A DNA stretch of 31,461 nucleotides from positions 1-31,461 of IMG/VR virus record IMGVR_UViG_2778261696_000004, one strand, 5' to 3'. Numbering within the stretch: the stretch's first letter is position 1; every line of letters starts with the position of its first letter. The notes under the pieces were generated by a model that was not told the DNA's origin, did no database searches, and saw only the letters and a list, made by a program, of their open reading frames with translations. Of this stretch, positions 29,201 to 31,461 are shown piece by piece. The DNA comes from a virus. Taxonomy: Duplodnaviria; Heunggongvirae; Uroviricota; Caudoviricetes. The position numbers and the translations under genes are program-made.

Positions 29201-29872
29201 ACTTGCCGGGTACGTCTCCGGCGAGGGCTTCCACCTCCGTATGCTTTTCGGCGCACCGCGCCCTGGCTGCAATTCGGTAACAGGGGATGCACAACCCTGG
29301 CTTCCAGCGTGATTAGCGCCTTCAGCATGACGGGATATACCCGTAAATTCGTGGAACTGTACCCAAAGTGCTGTTAAGCACCGCTGTTACGCTGAAAAGA
29401 AAACGCAACAGGAAAGGACGCTGACCAACAGATGGCCCCTTCTCGTTCATCTGGTTAATCACACCAGCGCCCTTACCTGTTGTGCCTCCCCGTTCCCTAA
29501 TACACAGACGGGGACACTCTGCGGTCGATTTTTTGACGGGGGACGACTCATACCCCGTGGCATCTGGCTTCTTAGGCCGCTACCATCATCAGATCATCGT
29601 TTGCATTTACTTTAATGGTCAGTTTCTAAACCGCCGCAAAGTCGCTAACCATGACGAAAACCCTGAAAAAAACGCCCACCCGAAGATGGGCAAACTGGAA
29701 GCTCGTAACGCACTTCGGCGTTGCCACTTAGGCGCATGGTCAACCTGGCAACTCGGTGGTTTGTCTGGGAGGACTAGGCCCAGCCATGCTTACCGCCGCG
29801 CCTGTCGCGGCTAACAGCTAAATCGCTCTATAAATCACGATTCATTGAGGCGATATTACACTAATAAATTTA

Positions 29873-31461
<1,589 letters not shown>

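Overview
The window reads as about 30 kb of a P1-like temperate phage-plasmid, in reverse orientation to the conventional P1 map, with a Tn21-subgroup transposon remnant at the left edge. All identifications are from reading the sequence and recalled knowledge of P1; no database search was run. Left to right: 5'-truncated tnpA plus 38-bp terminal IR (69-965); cre (1417-2448, minus) with a loxP that differs by one base from canonical (2867-2900); immC (coi, c1); an Icd/Ash-like small ORF plus antirepressor with a structured, terminator-containing leader wedged between c1 and pacB; pacB-pacA with the GATC-hexamer pac site; lpa; pdcB-pdcA-doc-phd; humD with a LexA box; an enzyme-rich accessory block (HAD phosphatase, lambda-type Ser/Thr phosphatase, DxD protein, two GSGPS paralogs, VRR-NUC nuclease, TraR-like zinc finger); a six-gene plus-strand baseplate/tail operon; GT-B-like gene and the DnaB-like helicase ban; a tRNA cluster (Ile2-CAU, Thr-UGU, Asn-GUU) with tRNA-like remnants; and the 3' part of the bifunctional methyltransferase dmt, which runs off the right edge. 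At least eleven copies of the C1-operator 17-mer (ATTGCTCTAATAAATTT-like) are scattered through the window. The best candidate for something new is the icd/ant-like cassette and its leader at the immC/pac junction; as I recall the P1 map, the c4-icd-ant module sits about 45 kb away, but I could not verify that here.
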